DNA from: Hydrurus foetidus
Lineage: Eukaryota
Direction of reading: 5' to 3'
DNA length: 40,181 nt
Assembly: GCA_900617105.1 (NCBI GenBank)
Contig: UYFQ01000508.1
Span: forward strand, 1-40,181
Shown here in pieces: positions 35,086 through 40,181 of the stretch (position 1 is the first letter of the stretch; the number at the start of each line of letters is the position of its first letter). The translations under genes and the position numbers were made by a program. The notes beneath the pieces are model-generated. The model was not told the DNA's origin and did no database searches. It was given only the letters and a program-made list of their open reading frames with translations.

Positions 35086-38000
35086 ATGCCGCCGAAGAAA
35101 CAAGAAGAACCCAAATCAGCTGCAGAGCAGTGCATGCTGAGAATCGGACGCTACAACAACGTAGTGCAGTGGAGGGAAGACATTCAGAACGAGGCATGCG
35201 GCCTGTACGGGATGACCGGCACGTTCTTCACCACCAACAAGAGTTACGTCCATCCGTATCCTCGCGAGGAGGATTACAACCCCACCTTTCAAACGGTGGA
35301 AATCGATACCGCGACAGCGGGTACCGAAAATGAAGACGAGGACGAAGACGAATCCGTAAACCTCGAGAATGTCATGATCGGGCCACAGCTCCCACCTGCG
35401 CCTCCTGTCGTGTACTCCGAGGCACTAATCGACAAGCTGCGAGCCAACGCGTTCGAGGGACGCCGTAAGGCAGTCGAAACGCAAAGAGTCGATGAGCAAA
35501 AGCTCTTTCCACTAATGTGGTCAAGAATGTCGACAGGGTCGAAATCTAAGGTGCGTGAGGAGCCAGGGTTCGAAGATGCACGCCTCAGATTGGACAGTGT
35601 GAAATTGTGGGAGTACATTAGAAGGAGTCATCTAACTGACATTTACGGCGAAGATGACTCGATGAGAGCAATGAATGTGCACGAGCAGACCATCAGGTAC
35701 AACTACCTCAGACAGGGCGAACGAGAGGTAATTGGTGACTTCAAGACGCGGTTCGATAACCAGGTATCAGCCAACAGAGGTGTGGGTATGACAGAAGTGG
35801 AAGAAGCGATTAGAGCAATCGACTTCCTCAGTAAGTTGGACCCGAAAAGGTATACCGGTATGTTGACACTTATGCGTAACAACGCTGTACAAAACCTGCC
35901 GAATAGCTTCCCTTCTACCTTAGCCGGAGCATACAGGGTGGCGTCATCCTGGACCAGCTCGGGCGGAGCAGTCCCCCTCGGAGCCGAGCAACATTCCGCG
36001 TTTCTGACAGATTCTTTGGTAGGCACAAAGGAAAAAGTCCCGGGAAAAGGAGCAAAGGGGAAGACTGCGGGAGCGAAAAAGAAATCATCGTCAGTGATCT
36101 GTTTCGTTTGCGGAAAGACGGGACATTTCGCAAGAGACTGCGAACAACGCAAAGATGGAGAGCATGCGATGCTCACCAATGTCGAGGAGGATATCGAAGA
36201 GGACGACGAAAGCATAGAAGCAGCTTTCATCACGACAGACGAAGTCGCCCTGTTCACTCGGAGTCATGTGCTGCTCGACAATCAGGCCTCGGTTAACATC
36301 TTTTGCAATCCATCATTGCTGACAGACATTAGGAAATCGCAGCATGCGATCCTCCTGAACGGAGTTCAGTCTGATGCGAAGAGTGTCCGAGTCGACCACG
36401 AAGGCGACTTCGGAGATATCGGACCAGTCTACTTCAGTCGAGGGGCGACAGCCAACATACTCTCCTTCGCAGCGACGGTAGACAGTGGTGCAGGGATCAG
36501 CTATGATCATGAGAGTGGATGCTTCAACCTACGTCAGGCCGGCAGCAAGACTTTGTACAGCTTCAGCAGGCAGAGTCTACCAGGGTCGACAGGAAAGTTC
36601 TACGTGTGGGATGCGAGAACCACAGCTGGGCAGAAGCATCAGCTGCAGGAGCAAGCACTGGTGACGACAGTCGAGGACAACATGAGACGGTTCACCAAAC
36701 GCGAGATTGGACAAGCGGCAGCAGCAAGGGAGCTACTCGCTCGAATGGGGTATCCCCCAGTTGAGATGGCTATCGCGATGATCAGAGGCGGCAGCAACTT
36801 CAGCGTCTCGGAAGCAGATTTCAGAAACGCTCACTCGATCTGGGGTAAATGTCTCGCCAGTCTCAGGGGGACAACACACAAGAAATCGTCACCAGTGGCT
36901 GACATTTCATTGACACCTGCTCCTGCGCAGCGCAGCAGCAGCAAGTTCTGAGCGTGGACATTATGTACTGGAGACCACAGCGATACTTATCGCGGTTTCA
37001 ACCCCTCTGGACATGACTCTCGCCGTGAGTCTCATGCGACTCGACACTGAGAAGACCTCACGAGCTGCTGCGATTGTGAAGCCGGCGCTGAATGAAATGA
37101 TATCCATACTCAAATCCAGGAACTTCATAGTGCAAGTCATCATGTCCGACGGTGAGGGTGCAATCGGCAAAATGAGGCTTGATTTGCTAGCGCTGGGAAT
37201 CGAGGTAGATGTCAGTGCAGCTGGCGGTCACGTGGCTAGAATCGAACGGCGGATTCAGATGGTGAAGGAGCGAGCACGCGCTCACATCAACGGTAGAATT
37301 CCATTCACTCCTACCGAACTCTGTCTAACCTATCTAGCTCTATACTGCGTCTCCCGCATTAACTGTCAGCAGTCAGGATCAAGGCCCGGGGGTCTTTCGC
37401 CGAGGGAACTATTTTCAGGACGGAGGGTTGACGGGAACCTGGACTTTCGTGCCGCCTACGGGGATTATGCCGTTTGTACCGTACCTAATACGAATAACAC
37501 TATGCAATCTCGAACTGAAGATTGCATTGTAATGCTCCCCACACACAGCAGAACTGGATCGTTCAAGATGCTCTCACTGGCGACAGGCAAGATCGTGACG
37601 AGAGATCAATTCAAGATACTGCCTATGCCGCAGTCGGTCATAGCAACGCTGAATGCCATGGCAGTCAAAGAAGGGAAGAAAAGAACTCAAACCCAACTGC
37701 ATGTGTTTGATGAACTACTATTCGCCAACAGTCTAGACACATACAAAATGCCATCCTTCATTACAAACCCCCCCACTCAGGATGCCACTGTCGAACGGGG
37801 ATCGGTGGATTACCAACCCACACTCACCGACCTACCATCAGCTGACAGCATTTTCGAGATTCCTCCTTCCGATGTGGGGGGTGTCGCAGCCAGCAGCCGA
37901 AGCCACAGCCGAAGCCACAGCCGAAGCCACAGCCGAAGCCACGCCGCCACCAGAGGAAATCGGAATTGAGGCACTCGAAAGAACTGGGGTGCACGAACGT

Positions 38001-39936
38001 GACCTACCTACACCACCCCTACCTACACCACCCACATCACCGCCTGAACCAGATGACATTTCAGCAGACACACCTGCACCTGAGATCGAACCAGTCCCAC
38101 AGCAACCAGCACAATCGGTGCAGTCGCCTGTGAGAGAACCACGCAGAGTACCGGTACCAACAGAGCGTATGATGACGAGGTCAACCCGTACGAACGAAGA
38201 TGCGTTCGTGACGAACACAGGGGGTACAGTACCGAGATCCGCCAACACAGCACCAACCACACACGATGTAGATGAGGTGATGAAGAGGCACAGAGAGGAG
38301 ATGGGGAAGAGCAACACTGCCAACATAAGTGTTAAAGAAGCATTTCGCACCAGAGGACACGAAGCGAAGAAAGTCATCGTGTCGGAGCTCAGGCAGATGA
38401 TAGATAAAAGGGTATGGGCGCCGGTGATGGGAGGGAAACTAACGGCGATGCAGAGAGCATCGACCATTCGATCCTCGATGTTCCTCAAGCAGAAGAACAA
38501 CCCGGACGGGAGCTTCCTCAAGCTCAAGGCACGGCTGGTAGCAGGTGGCGACCAGCAAGACAAGGGGCTATACGAGGACCTGTCCTCTCCGACTGTGTCC
38601 ACTAGTGCCGTATTCACATTGCTTGCGTCGCAGCTCATGAGAAGCGTCGAGTCGCAGTAGTAGATATCAGTGGGGCATACCTCAACGCGGACATGACACT
38701 GGACGTGCCAGTGCACATGCGCCTTGATCGCACCATGTCAGATATCATCATTGACATTGACCCCACGTACGGTAAGTACACGGACGCGAGGGGAGGCGTC
38801 ACGGTCCACCTCAAGAAAGCGCTATACGGTTGCGTAGAGAGTGCCGGACTGTGGTACGAGAATCTGCACTCCACCATGGTGGGACTCGGGTACGTACGGA
38901 ATATCAGTGACAAATGCGTATTCAACCGGACAGGCACGGACGGGCATCAGTGCACTGCAGCAGTGCACGTCGACGACTTACTCATCACAAGCAAGAGCAA
39001 GGCCAATGTGACACACCTAGTCGAAGGACTACGCAAGAGGTACGGTGCAATCACATTATCGCATGGCCCTGTCATAAACTACCTCGGTATGGCGATAGAC
39101 ATGCATGTATCAGGACAGGCGATGATCACCACGACGGGCTACTGTGACGAGATAGTCAAGATATCGGGGGTGAAGGGCTCTGCGCGTACACCGGCCACAG
39201 AGGGACTATTCGAGACGAGGATGCCACCACAGTGATAGAGCCGGTGCGAGTCTGGTTCCACAAAGTGGTCGCAATGGTGCTCTACTTGGCCAAGCGCACC
39301 AAACCGGAGTGCCTAGTGGCAGTGGCCTTCCTAGCCACACGAGTCAACAAGTGCACGACAGACGACGTGGACAAGCTACAGCGATTGGTGCGGTACATCC
39401 ACGCGACAAGGGACAGCGGCGTAGTGCTGAGGCCGGGTGCAGGGGGTATCACGGTGAGGCTATTCGTTGATGCGTCCTACGGTGTGCACAGCGATGGACG
39501 GTCACACACGGGAAGCTGCGTGGTAATTGGAGATGTCGGAGCTGTGCACTGCCGATCATCGAAGCAGCTGATAGTGACGAAGTCGAGTACGGAAGCGGAG
39601 CTGGTAGGGCTGTCCGACTCAGCTAACCAAGGCATATTCATTCGTACTTTTCTTATCGCACAGGGGTACGAGATGGAGCCGGTGGTCATCTATCAAGACA
39701 ACCAGTCTTGCATGGCGCTAGTGGAGCGCGGCAGATCTGGGGCGGAGCGCACACGCCACATTCAGATCCGATACTTTTGGGTTAAAGAGCGAGTGGACAC
39801 TGGCGAGGTACGGGTGGAGTACTTACGCAGCGAGGACATGTACGCGAACGTACTAACCAAGCCACTCCAGGGGACCCAGTTCCAGAGGGAGAGAGACGAA
39901 CTCACGGGATGGCCCACGGTGGACGAGAAGAATTAA
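35086..39936 (+). pseudogene. Copia gag-pol polyprotein interrupted by five frameshifts
   Basis: CFVCGKTGHFARDC (36100-36141); VLLDNQASVNI protease; integrase LSVDIM...SDGEG...ARIERRI; RT KARLVAGG, DISGAYL, LKKALYG, HVDDLL; RNase H VDASY, SSTEAEL, QDNQSC, ANVLTKPL. Frame changes near 36930, 36970, 37870, 38625 and 39220. Confidence 0.9.
37896..37942 (+). repeat. 12-bp tandem repeat (GCCGAAGCCACA) x ~4 encoding AEAT in the integrase-RT linker
   Basis: Directly visible in the sequence. Confidence 0.9.
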
Positions 39937-40079
39937 GGGTGCCAGCGATGGAGGCATCACGCCATTCGATAACATTTAGTTAGACATTACTGCTCGAAAA
40001 ACAATTCACATTTATTTATTGCTGACATGAAAATCCGATGCGTGCCTAGGTGCTTCAACTACTGCATGCCTGTTGGGTG

Positions 40080-40181
40080 TGTTGGAGTATCCGGAGAAAA
40101 GACACTGCTGTAGTTGTATAGTATATGCGTGGATCCCGACGGTCAGCGGTGTGTACCCTTGGGGTAGATCGTGGACCGTTG
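40080..40181 (+). repeat. 3' LTR (partial)
   Basis: Matches 34741-34844 with three substitutions and one 2-bp deletion. Confidence 0.93.

Larger units (their letters stand above)
34741..40181 (+). mobile_element. Ty1/Copia LTR retrotransposon, near full length; 3' LTR truncated by window end
   Basis: Direct LTRs start TGTTGGAGTATC at 34741 and 40080. Internal order is gag-protease-integrase-RT-RNase H, which is diagnostic of Copia. Confidence 0.96.

Noticed and set aside
36900..36990. Programmed ribosomal frameshift between gag and pol
   Set aside because: The shifts fall inside integrase, linker and RT rather than at a gag/pol boundary, there are five of them, and no slippery heptamer is evident.

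Overview
Eukaryotic genomic DNA with GT-AG introns; gene content suggests a plastid-bearing stramenopile (inference). From left to right: a frameshifted retroelement gag on the minus strand (CCHC knuckle plus N/Q/G-rich tail, running off the window start); an intronless DUF1517/FLAP1-like gene; an 11-exon TMEM87/Ptm1-family seven-transmembrane gene; a 3-exon organellar ribosomal protein bL25; a 9-exon ETF:ubiquinone oxidoreductase (ETFDH) whose promoter and 5' part are tandemly duplicated (1271-bp period); two adjacent MITE-like inverted-repeat elements; a tandem-RGS-domain gene; an inverted ~540-bp copy of the DUF1517 gene's 3' end; a 7-exon GCN1; an STI1-like Met/Gly-rich protein; and a nearly complete Ty1/Copia LTR retrotransposon whose 3' LTR runs off the window end. 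I cannot support a new multi-gene biological system here. The most notable signals are structural: a probable ~16.8-kb inversion bounded by inverted duplications, an ETFDH partial duplication with its breakpoint inside a hairpin element, and atypical retroelement proteins. Exon boundaries were read by eye.
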